DNA of 64,000 bases, from assembly GCF_963921235.1 (NCBI RefSeq), contig NC_086097.1, positions 101,868,001 through 101,932,000 on the forward strand. Direction: 5' to 3'. Position 1 is the stretch's first letter. Each line of letters starts with the position of its first letter. A model generated the notes under the pieces. That model was given only the letters and a program-made list of their open reading frames with translations, was not told where the DNA came from and did no database searches. Below, piece by piece: positions 11,101 through 24,810 of this stretch. Origin of the DNA: Mobula hypostoma. Its lineage: Eukaryota. Position numbers and translations under genes: made by a program.

Positions 11101-14100
11101 CCTTTCCTTTCAACCTAACAGGAACATAAAGATTCTGTACCCTCAAAATTTCACCTTTAAATGACCTCCATTTCTCTATTACATCCTTCCCATAAAACAA
11201 ATTGTCCCAATACACTCCTTCTAAATCCTTTTGCATCTCCTCAAAGTTAGCCTTTCTCCAATCAAAAATCTTAACCCTGGGTCCAGTCCTATCCTTCTCC
11301 ATAATTATATTGAAACTAATGGTATTGTGATCGCTGGACCCGAAGTGCTCCCCAACACAAACGTCCGTCACCTGCCCTATCTCATTTCCTAACAGGAGAT
11401 CCAACACTGCCCCTTCTCTAGTTGGTACCTCTATGTATTGCTGCAAAAAACTATCCTGCTCACATTTTACAAACTCCAAACCATCCAGCCCTTTTACAGA
11501 ATGGGCTTCCTAGTCTATGTGTGGAAAATTAAAATTCCCCACAATCACAACCTTGTGCTTACTACAAATATCTGCTATCTCCTTACAAATTTTCTCCTCC
11601 AATTCTTGCTCCCCATTAGATAGTCTATAATAGACCCCTATAAGCATCACTACACCTTTCCCATTCCTTCAATTCCACTCAAATAGCCTCCCTAGACGAG
11701 TTCTCTAATCTATCCTGCCAGAGCACTGCTGTTATATTTTCTCTGACAAGCAATGCAACACCTTCCCCTCTTGCCCCTCCGATTCTATCACACCTGAAGC
11801 AACGAAATCCAGGAATATTTAGTTGCCAATCACACCCCTCCTGCAACCATGTTTCACTAATAGCTACAACATCATATTTCCAGGTATCAATCCATGCTCT
11901 AAACTCATCCACCTTTCTTACAATGCTCCTTGCATTAAAATAAATGCATTTAAGAAACTCTCCACCTCTTACTCTCTGTTTATTCCGAATGGAGCAAACA
12001 ACTTTGTTATCTTTTTCTTCCTTCTCCCCTACGTCTTCGGTCTGAGTGCTCCCATTCTCTGTCCCCTGTCTATCCTCCCTCACACACTGTCTACTAGCTT
12101 TCTCTATTTGTGAACTAACCTCCTCTCTCCTAGTCTCTTTAATTTGATTCCCACCCCAACAACCATTCTAGTTAAAGTCTCCTCAGAAGCCTTCGCAAAT
12201 CTCCCTGCCAGGATATTGGTCCCCCTAGGATTCAAGTGTAACCCGTCCTTTTTGTACAGGTCACACCTGCACCAAAAGAGGTCCCAATGATCTAAAAACT
12301 TGAATCCCTGCTCTCTCTCCAATCCCTCAGCCATGCATTTATCCTCCACCTCATTGCATTCCTACTCTCACTGTCGCGTGGCCCAGGCAGTAATCCCGAG
12401 ATTACTACCTTTGCAGTCCTTTTTCTCAACTCCCTTCCTGACTCCCTATATTCTCCTTTCAGGACCTCTTCCCTTTTCCTACCTATGTCATTGGTACCTA
12501 TATGTACCACGACCTCTGGCTCCTCACCCTCCCACTTCAGGATATCTTGGACGTCATCAGAGACATCCAGGACCCTGGCACCAGGGAGGCAAACTACCAT
12601 CTGGCTCTCCTGACTGCGTCCACAGAATCGCCTATCTAACCCCTAACTATCGAGTACCCTATTACTACTGCCCTCCTCTTCCTTTCCCTACCCTTCTGAG
12701 CTACAGGGCCAGACTCTGTGCTGAAGGCACGGCCACTGTCTCTTCCCCCAGGTAGGCTGTCCCCCCCCCAACAGTACTCAAACAGGAGTACTTATTGTCA
12801 AGGGGTACAGCCACTGGGGTACTCTCTAGTACCTCACCCTTCCCCTTCCCCTTCCTAACTGTGGCCCAGTTATCTTCCTCCCATGGCCTCGGTGTGACCA
12901 CCTGCCTGTAACTCCTCTCTATCAACTCCTCACTCTCCCTGACCAGATGAAGGTCATCGGGCTGCAGCTCCAGTTCCCTAACATGGTCCCTTCGGTGCTG
13001 CATCTTGGCACACCTGGCGCAGATGTGGATGTCCAGGAGGCTAGGAGACTCCAGGACCTCCCACATCAACACCGAGAACAGCAAGCTGCCCTCACACTCA
13101 TACTTCCCCACCTTTCCTCAAATAACAGGAAAAATTGAAAACCAAACCTTCTTCACCTCGCCCATTTCCACCTAAGCCCATTGAGCCAAAGCCCTTAGGC
13201 CTTCACTCTGCTCCCGGCTCTCTCAGCAGCCTGCAATCTATGCTGCCCGCTGTATAAGGTTGTGTTCCTTTTAAATCTTCTGTGCTTCACTGCCCGACGT
13301 CACATGCCTGCGCAGTCCCGCCTCTCTTAACTCCAATGGAAAAAAAACCGGAAAATTCAAAATGGCTTCCGCCGCACTCCCGCTCCAATTCTCAGACTCC
13401 CTTCTCCGAATACATCCCAAAGAGGAAGAAGTATTCTAAAGTAAAGATGATCCAAACGTGGCTGACAAGAAAAGTCGAAGGCCAGATAAAAGCCAAAGAG
13501 AGGGCATATAATAGAGCAAAAATTAGTGAGACAATACAAGATTGGGAAGCTTTTAAAAACCAACAGAAGGCAACTAAAAAAGTCATTTAGGTAAAAATGG
13601 AATTCAAAAGTAAGCTCGCCAATAATATTAAAGAGGATCCCAGAAGTTTCTTCATATAAAATTTTTTTCTGTGTAAAAGAAAGGCGAGAGTGGATATTGG
13701 ACTGCTGGAAAGCGATGCCGGACAGGTAGTAATGGGGGACAATAAAATGGCAGATGAACTGAATAAGAGTTTTGCATCAGTCTTCACTGTGGAAGACACT
13801 AGCAGTATGGTAGAAGTTCCAGGTGTCAGGGGCCATGAAGCGTGTGAAGTTACCATAACTAGAAAGAAGGTTCTTAGGAAACTGAGAGATCTGAAGGTAG
13901 ATAAGTCACCTGGACCAGATGGTGTACACCCCAGAGTTTTGAAAAAGTTGGCTGAAGAGATTGTGGAGGATTAGTAATGATCTTTCAAGAATCACTAGAT
14001 TCTGGAATGGTTCCGGAAGACTGGAAAGTTGCAAATGTCACTCCACTCTTCAAGAAGGGAGAGAGGCAAAGACAGGAAACTGTAGGCCAGTTAGTCTGAC

Positions 14101-15395
14101 CTCAGTGGTTGGGAAGATGTTGGAGTTAGATATTAAGAATGAGGTACATGATAAGATAGGCCGTAGTCTGCATGGTTTCCTCAAGGGAAAATCTTGCCTA
14201 ACAAATCTGTTGGAATTCCCTGAAGAATTAACAAGCAGGATAGACAAAGGAGAATCGCTTGATGTTGTGTACTTGAATTTTCAGAAGGTCTTTAACAAGG
14301 TGCCACATACGAGGCTGCTAAACAAGCTACGAGCCCATGGTATTACAGGAAAGATTCTAGTACGGATAAAATAGAGACTGATTGTAGGAGGTAAAGAGTG
14401 GGAATAAAGGGAGCCTTTTCTGGCCGGCTGCCAATGACTAGTGGTGTTCCAGAGGGGTCTGTGTTGGATGGATTCTTTATACATTATATGTCAATGATTT
14501 GGATGTTGGAACTGATGGCTTTGTTGCAAGGTTTGCAGATAATATGAAGAAAGGTGGAAGGGCAGGTAGCTTTGAGGAAGTAAAGGAGTGATAGGAAGAC
14601 TTAGACAGATTTGGAGAATGAGCAAAGAAATGGCAGATGAAATGCAGTGCAGGAAAGTGTATGGTCATGCACTTTGGTACAGAAATGAATGAGTTGACCA
14701 TTTTCTAAGTGGAGTGAAAATTCAAAAAACTGAGATGCAAAGTGACTTGGGAGTTTTAGGTTACAGATTGAGTCGGTGGTGAGGAAGGCAAATGCAATGG
14801 TAGCGTTAATTTCAGGAGTACTGGAATACAAAAATGAGGATGTAATGTTGGAACTTTATAAAACACTGGTGAGGCCTCACTTAGAGTACTGTAAGCAGTT
14901 TTGGGCCCCTTATCTTAGAAGGGATGTGCTGAAACTGAAGAGGGTTCAAAGGAGGTGATTCCAGGATTGAATGGCTTGTTGTATGAAGGGTGTTTGATAG
15001 CTTTGGGCCTGTATTCACTAGAATTCAGAAGAATGCGGGGTAACCGCTTTGAAACCTATTGAATGGTGAAAGATCTTGATAGAGTGGATGTTTCCTATGG
15101 TGGGAGAGTCCAAGACCAGAAGACACAGACTCAGAATAGAGGGGCAGAGATAAGGAGGAATTTCTTTAGCCAATGAGTAGTGAATCTGTGGAATTCTTCG
15201 CCACAGGCAGCTGTGGAGGTCAGGTCTTTATGTATATTTCAGGCAGAGGTTGATATAATTTTGATTGGTCAGAGCATGAAGGGGTATGGGGAGAAGGCAG
15301 GAGATTGGGGCTGAGAGAAAAAATAGATCAGCCATGATGAAATGCGGAGCAGACTTGATGTGCCAAATGGCCTAATTCTGCTCCTGTATCTTATG
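8200..15395 (+). mobile_element. Decayed CR1 LINE ORF2 (EN-RT), split by a younger CR1 at ~9087-13410
   Basis: LKVLYLN, WIELRNSKGKKTLMGVVYRPPN, KSPGPDGVHPRVLK, RPVSLTSVVGK, LVRPHLEYC motifs in order; many frameshifts. Confidence 0.9.
9087..13410 (-). mobile_element. Near full-length CR1 LINE: ORF1 (Zn finger/coiled coil + SGNH esterase), ORF2 (APE endonuclease + RT), short-repeat 3' tail
   Basis: ORFs 12701-13111 (ICARC), 12292-12600 (VVVHIGTND), 11679-12083 (CIYFNARS, ISETWL), 10170-11081, 9693-10133 (GVPQGSVLGP, YADD); tail ATAACCATATAAC at ~9087. Confidence 0.92.
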
Positions 15396-15399
15396 GTCT

Positions 15400-15680
15400 C
15401 TCCTCTACCTTTAAGAGACTGAGCAGTGCTATCTTTTCAGAGAATGGTGAAGCTATCGAGCTACAATGCTGTGTTTGAAATGACAGGGTGAGCCATTTTA
15501 CTAAGAAGCAAAGTACACAGTAGTCCCTGATATCCCACTGGGACAGCAATCTTGCTCTAAGGTTTGCAACTTTATTTTCCAGAGACTGTACATTCGCCAG
15601 CAAGATAGTTAGGGATGGGGGTCTAAGGCTAGGCATTTCAGTCACACCTGTAAACCAGCATGCCATCCTCACTTCCATTT
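15400..15680 (-). mobile_element. Rex1/Babar-type LINE ORF2 N-terminal fragment
   Basis: PSLTILLANVQSLENK...CVLCF motif. Confidence 0.65.
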
Positions 15681-17005
15681 TTTTTTACTGTACTCACAAT
15701 CTGAGTCTGTAGTCCTGGTTCCACCTATTTTGAGTATCGATAGGTTTTTAAAATGTCTTAAAATGATGCTGCTTACTTAAATACCCATGGCTGCGACTGT
15801 GGATTTCTGCTGTCGTAGACCTAAACGGGAATATTTAATAATTCCCATTGCAGCTGTACACAAAGACTCCCCGTCTTCAATCACATGAGGAAATGTAGTT
15901 AACTTGGAATACAGTTATACTCCTGAGCCAGGGAAACATCCTTCCTTCTCAAGCTTTGCAAGAGTTTTGTATGCATCCATGAGGTCATCTCTCAATCTTC
16001 TAAACTTTAGGGAACCAAGATCTAATCTGTTCAATCTCTCCTCACTTGCCTCAGGAACCAGTTAGATGAAATTTGCTCCACTCCTTATGTGGAAAATTTA
16101 TCCTTTGCTAGTTAAAGGAGCCAAAATTGTACCTAATATTCCAGCTGCTTTCTTGATAGGGCCCCATATAATTGCTTAAGGCACACTGCCACTTCTCTTA
16201 TTGAAATCTACAATATGTGGATATGAAGTGCATATGAAATATTTGGTTCTCATAACTCAATCTTATTTGAAGGCAATGTTCATACCGCAAGATCAATCAG
16301 TTGTTTCTACATGAAAGATTTGTTCAGCTGATTTATAATGAATTTCGGAGCATAGAGAGTTGAAGGAGAACAGGAGAGACGGTTTCAAGATGTTAAGCAG
16401 GTTTAACCAAAGGCATGGAGTCACGCAGAACAGAGGCAGTCTTCAGTCTGCTTTGTCCATGCCAACTTCAAATCTCTAACAATACCTGCCAGCACTTTGA
16501 CCATAGTCTGACATGCTCATCCAGAGGTTTCTTAACTCTTGTGAGAGTCTGCCTCTACCACACACTCAAGCAGGGTGTTCCAGAGTCCAACCACCCTTTT
16601 ACTGGAAAAACATCCTCACACAGTATCCCCTGTAAACTATCCAGGGTCTCGAACTAAAATGTCAACTGTATTTCCCTCCATAGATGCTACCTGACCTGTT
16701 GTGTTCCTCCAGGTGCCTTTTGTGTTGTTCCAGCTTCCAGTGTCTGCTGTCTCTTGTGTCTCCCTTGAAGTTGGAGAGAGAAGTAAAACCTATGTATGAA
16801 CCTATTCCATCTGGTCTTAAACAACTCTGCAGTCAGGTATGCAACACATTTTGCAGATGCTTCTGCCCACAAGAACTACTGTTCACTGGATGTTTTTTGT
16901 TTCTTACGCCATTCTCTGTAAATTCTAGATACTGTTAAGTGTGAAAATCCCAGGAGATTAGCAGTTTCTGAGATAATCAAACTACCCCATCTGGCACCAA
17001 CAATG

Positions 17006-17565
17006 ACAAAATGCTGGAGGAACTCAACAGGTCAAGCAGCATCTATGGAAATGAATAAATAGTTGACATTTTGAGCTGGGACCCTTCACCAGGATTGGGA
17101 AGGAACAGAGAAGATACCAAGATAAGAAGATGGGAGGAGGAGAAGGAGGACAGGCTAGAAGGTGATAGGTGAAGCCCTGTGTGTGGAGAAGGGGAGTTGA
17201 AGCAAGAAGCTGGGAGGTGATAATTGGGCTAGAGGTGAAAGAATCTGATAGGAGAGGAGAGTGTATCATGGGCAAAATGGAAGGTGAAGGTGCACCAAGG
17301 GAAGATGATAGGCTGGTGAACAGAAGAAGTAAGAGGCCAGTAGGGGATAGAAGAAGAGGGAAGAGGGAGGGGAAAAATTAATGGAAAGAGAGATTGATGT
17401 TCTTGCCACCTGGTTGGAGGCTACCTAGACAGAATGTGAGGCGTTGTTCTTCCAACCTGAGAGTGGTCCCATTGCACCAGAAGAGGAGGTCATGGGTCGA
17501 TAAGTCAGAATGGGAATGGGAATCAAAAATGAAATGATTGGCCAGCAGAAAATTTCACTTTTGAG
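17006..17565 (-). mobile_element. Penelope-like 3' end/pseudo-LTR with degenerate hammerhead
   Basis: Similar to 61637-62200; degenerate core CTGGTGAagggtcccagctcAAAATgtc on - at ~17061-17096. Confidence 0.75.
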
Positions 17566-17594
17566 TTTGCAGTCAGGTATCGGTATTAGTTTAT

Positions 17595-17840
17595 GCAACA
17601 CCCTGGTAAAGGTTTCACTGCTAATGTAATGGTCTTTCTGTAGAAGCAGTGTTTGGGTTATGGTGAGAGATAACGGGTGCTTTGCAATGTGAGTTGTCCA
17701 ATGACAGGAGGGTGTTTTCGTGCCGTGTGCCTGACACCAGGGTGATCTGGGTCTTTTGTCTGGTGGGAGATGAAGAGAGAAGATGCCGGATCGGAGCCAT
17801 GACCTGTTGAAGGCCGGGGAGATCGAAGGAGGATCAGTGT
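17595..17840 (+). mobile_element. LTR 5' fragment (same family as 45904 and 63498)
   Basis: tgcaacaccctggtaaaggtttcactgcta...tgtaatggtctttctgtagaagca shared with 63498-63575. Confidence 0.6.
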
Positions 17841-18856
17841 AGTCAAATTAAGAATTATAAAGCTAAATCTTTTAACTGTATGCAGTGTACTATCTATTAT
17901 TTTGTGGTACCGATTTGTATATGAAAATCTTGTAAATCATCCAGACAGATCATCTAAACACAAGTGCACTGAGGTAGTGAAAAGAAAATCAAATGCATAA
18001 TAAAGTGTGTCAGTTACAGAGAAAGTGCAGTGCAGGCAGAACAAACCAGATGCAAGGACTACAATGAGGTCGATTGGGAGATCAAGCATTCACTTCTGTT
18101 CTCCCAGTTTTGATATGGGACATCCATTCAAGAATCAGATAGCAGTAGATAGAAGCTGCCCTTCAACCTGGTGGTATGTGTTCACAAGCTCTTTTGCCAG
18201 GCAGGAGCAGGAAGAAGAGAGAATGACCATGATGTGGATGGTCTTTGATTACACTGGCTGCTTTTCCAAGGAAGTGTAGAGTGAATGGAAAGAAGATTGA
18301 TTTACTGTCTACCCTACCTACTATTCCCGTTAGGATTGTGTGTATGTTTATCAGGTTCTCCTTCAGCCCCCTTTAATGGAGAGGAAACAAGCCCAGCCTG
18401 CTGAGACTCCCCTGAAATTTCCAATCTCAAGCAACGTCCTGGTGAATGTACTCTGCACCCTCTCCAGTGCAATCACATCCTTCCCATAGACTGGTGACCA
18501 GAGCAGCATACAATATTGCAGCTCCTCACTATCAGATTACTCTCCTCACTGGAACAATTATCACATTAAACCAGTTCAAAGTTCCAAGTAAACTTTATTA
18601 TCAAGGTACACATATGTCACCATATACAACCCTGAGATTCATTTTCCAGTGGGCATACTCAGCAAACCTACAGAATAGTAATGATAACAGGATCAATGAA
18701 CGATCAAACAGAATGCAGAAAATACCAAGTTGTGAAAATGCAAATATAATTAAATAGCAATAAGTAACGAGAACATGAAATGACAAGATAAGGAGTCCTT
18801 AAAGTGAGATCATTGGTTGCGGGAACACTTCAAGAACATCCAGAAAATATTCCTTC

Positions 18857-19332
18857 CGTCAGGGCACTGAAGCAGGGACCCAATCACAGACCAAGTACTG
18901 TGCACACTGTGAGTCAGCATCAAAGTTCAGGCGGAGATCAAAAATTCCAGAGAAATCCAAAAACCAGAATTGGGAAACAGACAGAGTCAATATTTGGACA
19001 GACAGAGTTCAGATATGAATGCTGGAAAGGCTCAGGAAAACTCACTGGCACAATCTGGCAAAAACACAGGACTGAAATACACTGAGGAAATAAACAGAGA
19101 GGCAGATGATAGGTGGAGCACAATGAGACACAAGTGGCAGCAAAACAGGTAATAATGAGAAACAGGTGAGAGATGGAGTACTCAGTAATACAGGGGCTGG
19201 AGTAGAGCAGGAGCGGGGACAGGAGCACATGGGGCATGAAAACAAACAAGAGCACATGGTAATACAAAACCACAGACTGATGGCTAGGGGGAAAACACAC
19301 AAAAAGACAAAGTTCAATTGGAGGTACTGACA
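18857..19332. mobile_element. Solo LTR with 5-bp TSD
   Basis: Termini cGTCAG...CTGACA; flanked by CCTTC at 18852-18856 and 19333-19337. Confidence 0.75.
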
Positions 19333-20049
19333 CCTTCACACAGAAACTGTCTTTCAAAAACCTGTGAATGCTGGAGAAAGTTAAACATTTTCAAGAGATT
19401 TTTGGGTCAAGGTGATGACTTCTATTTATTTCTTCATGGTATTAAGTAAAATTTACTGGTAGGACCAGAATTTTTTGCCATCTCTAATTGCCCTTGAGAA
19501 GGTGGTGTTTTCCAGACTTTTTGAATGGCTACAGTGCTTCTAGTGAAGGTGCCCCCACAATGCCATTAGGGAACATTTAGTGATGATGAAAGAGTAGCTA
19601 GAAATTTGTAAATTAGGATGGCGCACAACTTGAAGACAAATCTGGAGATAGTGATCTTGCCAAGTGCCTGCTGTCCATATTCTTAGTGCAGAAATCACAG
19701 GTTTAATAGATGCCGTTGAGTGGGAGAGCCACAATGATGTGTTTTGTAAGTGTTGCACACTGCACCTATTGTATGCAGTAGTGAACATAAATGTTGAGGG
19801 CAATGGACAGGAAGCCAATCAATCAGATTGCTTTGTCCTGGATAGTGTCAAGCTTCTTGAATGTTACTGCAGCCGCAGTCATCCAGGAAACAATCCATCA
19901 TACGCCCAACTTGACATGTAGATATAGTATTATTATTGTGGGTGGTCTAATGTTCATATCTTTAACCTAAAGTGTTAATGGTCAGATCACAGTGATGGTA
20001 ATATCAATGGATGATGGTTAGATTCTCATGAAAACTTTCAATAGAATTA

Positions 20050-20570
20050 AATGGAAAATGCCTGTTTCACTGAACTGCTACTGTGTGCGCCTGAATCTCC
20101 GGAGGGGAAGGCCCCGAGTCCTCGGCTTTGCTTGTTGTTTGGTGGGGTTGAAGCGCTCGGCAGAGATGGTGCTCGGTGCTCAGTGTCGGAGGGCTGGTCG
20201 GAGGCTCGAAGTTTTCGGACGGACTCAGAGTCGGCTGTGGTTGGGTGCTTCCAGGGTGCTGCATCGGCAAGTTTGCAGCGCTGGAGGTTCATGGCAGGGA
20301 GAGTTTCTCCCTTCTACCATCTGTGTGAGATGATGGGGCTATCGGACTTGAGACTTTTTTTTACCGTGCCCATGGTCTGCTCTTTATCAAATTACGTTAT
20401 TGCTTTGCACTATTGTAACTATATGTTATAATTATGTGGTTTTTGTCAGTTTTAGTCTTGATCTGTCCTGTGTTTCTGTGATATCATACTGGAGGAACAT
20501 GGTATCATTCCTTAATGCATGCATTTCTAAATGACAATAAACGAGGACTGAGTGTCCTCATAATCTAATA
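20050..20570 (+). mobile_element. Non-autonomous LINE-derived/SINE-like insertion with 3' stem-loop tail
   Basis: GC-rich 5' part; 3' end AATAAAC-GAGGACtgagtGTCCTC-ATAATCTAAT (hairpin plus short tail). Confidence 0.45.
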
Positions 20571-21074
20571 GAGAATAGATAGGCAGAGTATTTTAAAATA
20601 GTGTGAGACTAGAAGGTATTGGTGCTTAGAAGTACCGAGGTATTCTTGCGTATCAATCACTATGGGTTAACATGCATGTAGAGCAAGCAATTAGGAAGAA
20701 AATATTGTGCCAGCATTTTAAAGGATAAAGATATCTTTCTCCAGAAGGAGAGAGGAACTGAGGTACATAGTTTCCCAAAAGTAATGTTCCAGGTACACAG
20801 GGTGGTAGAGGAGGCTTTTGTTATCAGTCGGGGCATTGAGTATAGGAGTTGAATGTCATGTTGCAATTATCCAAGATGTTGCCGAGGCCATATTTGGACA
20901 ACTGTGTTCAATTTCGGTCACTATGCTATAGCAATGATGCCATTAAGCTGTCAAGAGTGCAAAGGAGATTGAGAAGGATGCTGTGGAGATCCAAGCAGCT
21001 ATGATATGAAGAGAGGTTGAGCAGGTTAGGAGATTTTCATTGCAGTGTAGAAGAATGAGGTTTTATTGAGGTGT

Positions 21075-23540
21075 AAAAGGGGGGTGCAGAAGGAAAGAGG
21101 GAGAAGAGTGGAGCGGTACTGATAGGGGACTCAATTGTGAGGGGAACAGACTGGAGGTTCTGTGGACGTGAATGGGACACCTGGATGCTAAGATGCCTCC
21201 CAGGCGCCAGGGTCAGGGACGTCTCCGATCACGTCTGCAGCATTTTGGAGAGGGAGGGAGAGCAGCCAGATGTCTTGGTACATATTGGTACCAATGACAT
21301 AGGAAGGAAAAGCAATGAGGTCCTGAAAAGTGAATTTAGGGAACTAGACCGAAAGCTGAGAAGCAGGACCTTCAGGGTAGTAATTTCTGGATTGCTACCT
21401 GTGCCATGTGCCAGTGAGGGTAGAAACAGGATGATCTGGCAGGTAAATATGTGGCTGAGAAGCTGGTGGAGAGGGCAGAGCTTCCGGTTCTTGGATCATT
21501 GGGATCTCTTCCGGGGGAGGTATGACCTGTTCAAAAGTGATGGATTGCACCTGAACCCAAAGGGGACAAATATTCTTGCAGGCAGGTTTGTTAGAAATGT
21601 TGGGGAGGGATTAAACCAAATTAGTGGGGTGGGAGAGGTGAGAACCGGAGCAAAGGGACTCAGGATAGGACGGATGATAAAAAAGCAAAGATGGCGTGCG
21701 GTCAGACAGTCAGGAAGAGCAGGAAGGTGATAGGACACAATTACAGCCAGCAGGGTGAGTATCAGTGTATTAGGGATGCAGCATCAAAAAGGGTAGCAAA
21801 TGCAGTACTCAAAGTGTTATGTCTCAGTGTATGGAGTATAAGAAATAAGGTGGATGATCTTATTGCACTATTACAGATTGTGAGGTACAATGTTGTGGCC
21901 ATCACTGAATCATGGCTGAAGGATGGTTGTAGTTGGGAGCTGAATGTCCAAGGTTACATGTTGTACCAGAGGGATAGGAAGGTCGGCAGTGGGGGTGACG
22001 TGGCTCTGCTGGTAAAGAATGGCATCAAATCAGTAGAAAGATGTGAGATAGAATCAGAAGATGTTGAATCCTTGTGGGTTGAGTTAAGAAACAGCAAGGG
22101 TAAAAGGACCCTTCTGTCAGTCATATACAGGCCTCCCAACAGTAGCTGAGATGTGGACTACAGATTATGACGGGATATAGAAAGGCATGTCAAAAGGGTA
22201 ATGTTATGGTAGTCATGGGAGATATCAACATGCAGGTTGATTGGGAAAATCAGGCTGGTAATGGATCTCAAGAGTGTGGGTTTGTTGAATGTCTACAAAA
22301 TGGTTTTTTAGAGCAGTTTGTTGTTAAGCCTACTAATGGATCAGCTATACTGGATTGAGTGTTATTGTAATGAACCAGAGGTGATTTTGGAGCTTGAGGT
22401 AGAAGAACCCTAAAGAGGCAGTGATCACAATATGGGAGATTGAGTTCAACTTGGAATTTGATAGGGAGAAAGTAAAGTCTGATGTAGCAGTATTTCAGTG
22501 GAGTAAAGGAAATTACAGTGGTAAGAGAGAGAAGTTGGCCAAAGTAAATTGGAAGGAGCTGCAGGCATGGATGACAGCAGAGCTGCAATAGCGTGAATTT
22601 CTGGTAACAATGAGAAAGATACAAGATAGATGTATTCCAAAAATGAAAAAATACTCAAATAGCAAAATAGTACAACCATGGCTGACAAGGGAAGTCAAAG
22701 CTAATGTAAAAGCAAAAGAGAGGGCATACGACAAAGCAAAAATTTGCGGCAAGGTAGAGGACTGGGAAGCTTTTAAAACCCTATAGAGGACAACTAAAAG
22801 AATCATTAGGAGGGAAAGAATGAGATATGAAATCAAGCTAGCAAGCAATATCAAAGTGGATAGTAAAAGCTTTTTCCAAGTATGTAAAAAATAAGAGAGA
22901 TGAGAGTGGATCGCTAGCAATAGATGCCAGATGTTGAAGGGTGTGAGGGAAGAGGAGTGAGTACAGTTACTATTACAAAGGAGAAGGTGCTCAAAAAGCT
23001 GAAAGGCCTAAAGGTACATAAGTCACCCAGACCAGATGAACTGCACCCAAGGGTTCTGAAAGAGGTAGTAGTAGAGATTGTGGAGACATTAGAAATGATC
23101 TTTCAAAAATCATTGGACTCTGGTATTGTGATGGAAGATTGGTGGAGAGACAGATAGTGTTGAGGAAACAGGAAGGCTGCAGAAGAACTTAGACAGATTA
23201 GGAGAATAGGCAAGAGAGTAGCAAATGAAATAGAATGTCGGGAAATGCATCGTCATGCACTTTGGTAGTAGAGATAAATGTGCAGACGATTTTCTAAACA
23301 GGGAGAAAATCTAAAAATCTGAGGTGCAAAGGGACTTGGGAGTCCTTGTGCAGAACATCCTGAAGGTTAATTTGCAGGTTGAGTCGGTGGTGAGGAAGGC
23401 AAATGCTATGTTAGCATTCATTTCAAGAGGTCTAGAATACAAGAGCAAGGATGTGATGCTGAGGCTTTATAAGGCTGGTGAGGCCTTACCTCAAGTATTG
23501 TGATCAGTTTTGGGCTCCTTATCTACAAAATGTTTCCATC
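21075..23540 (+). mobile_element. Decayed CR1 LINE (esterase ORF1, EN, partial RT with internal deletion near 23140)
   Basis: ORF 21137-21730 (VLVHIGTND, DGLHLN), 21691-22149 (AITESWL, YRPPN), 22924-23157. Confidence 0.88.
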
Positions 23541-24810
23541 CTTCAGCATTTCAAACTCACCTGCTGAGTTCCTCCGGCATTTTGTGTGTGTTACTCTGGA
23601 TTTCCAGCATCTGCTGAATCTCTTGTGTTTAGCAAATCTGTAAGCAAATTTCTGGTGTACAGAATGATAAAAGATTTCAATCACATTCATATTAACTGGA
23701 GTACAGTCAGTTCAGAGAACACAGATTCCCCAAACTGCATTCAGGGGAATGTTTTAGCCTGTATGTAGCATGACCTATGAAAGGGCAGCAAATCTGGATT
23801 CAGTTTTAGGCCCTGAAGCAGGAAAGAGGAAAGGTGCGGAAACATCTGGCAGTAATTCAATTAGATTAAAGATGGTTATGTAGACGGAGAAAAGCAAAAT
23901 GGGGAAATGGTTAGACTGGTGAAGTCCAACTTTACTCGTCTCAGCCACTGGTGTTGCCGCCCTCACCCACATCTCCTCCATTTCCCAAACATCTGTGTTC
24001 ACCCCACCTTCCCACCACCTTGACAGGGATAGAGTTCTTCTTGTCCTCACCTACCACCCCATGAACCTCCACATCCAGCACAACTTCCTCCGCAACTTCC
24101 GCCATCTCCAAAGGGATCCCACACTAAACATATCTTTACCTCTCCCCCATCCCATGCTCCACTTTCCACAGGGATCACTCCCTCTGTGATTCCCTTGTCC
24201 ATTCGTCCCTCCCCACTAATATCCCTTTCGACACTTATCCCTGAAAGTGGCCTAAGTGTTACACCTGCCCATTCACCTTCTCCCTCACTTCGCAAAAAGA
24301 CCTTCCAGGTGAGGCAATATTTCACCTGCAAATCTGCCAGGGTCGTCTATTGTGTCCAGTGCTCCTGAAGTGGCCCCCGCTACATTGCCAAGACCCGTCA
24401 TAAATTGGGGGATTGCTTCATCGAACACCTCTGTTCCATCCACCAAAAGCAGAACTTCCTGCTGTCAAACATTTTAATTCCTATTTCAACGTGTCAGTCC
24501 ACGGCCTCCTCTTGTGCCACGATGAGGCCGCCCCCAGGGTGGAGGAGCAGCATCTTATATTCCATCCGGGTAACTTCCAACCTGATAGCATGAATATCGA
24601 TTTTTCCATCCCATAAACAAATTCCCTCCCCTTCCCCTCTTCTACTCCCCATTCTGACCTCTTACCTCTTTTCACCTGTTTATCACCTCCCCCCAGGGTC
24701 CCCTCCTCCTTCCCCTTATCCTATGATCTACTCTCCTTTCCTTTCAGATTCCTTCCTCTCCAACCTCTTACCTTTTCTTCGCAACTGAGTTCACCTATCA
24801 CTTTCTAATT

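Noticed and set aside
21137..21730. SGNH esterase ORFs as host genes (also at 12.3, 28 and 42.3 kb)
   Set aside because: Each directly precedes a CR1 endonuclease/RT; esterase-containing ORF1 is a known CR1 feature.
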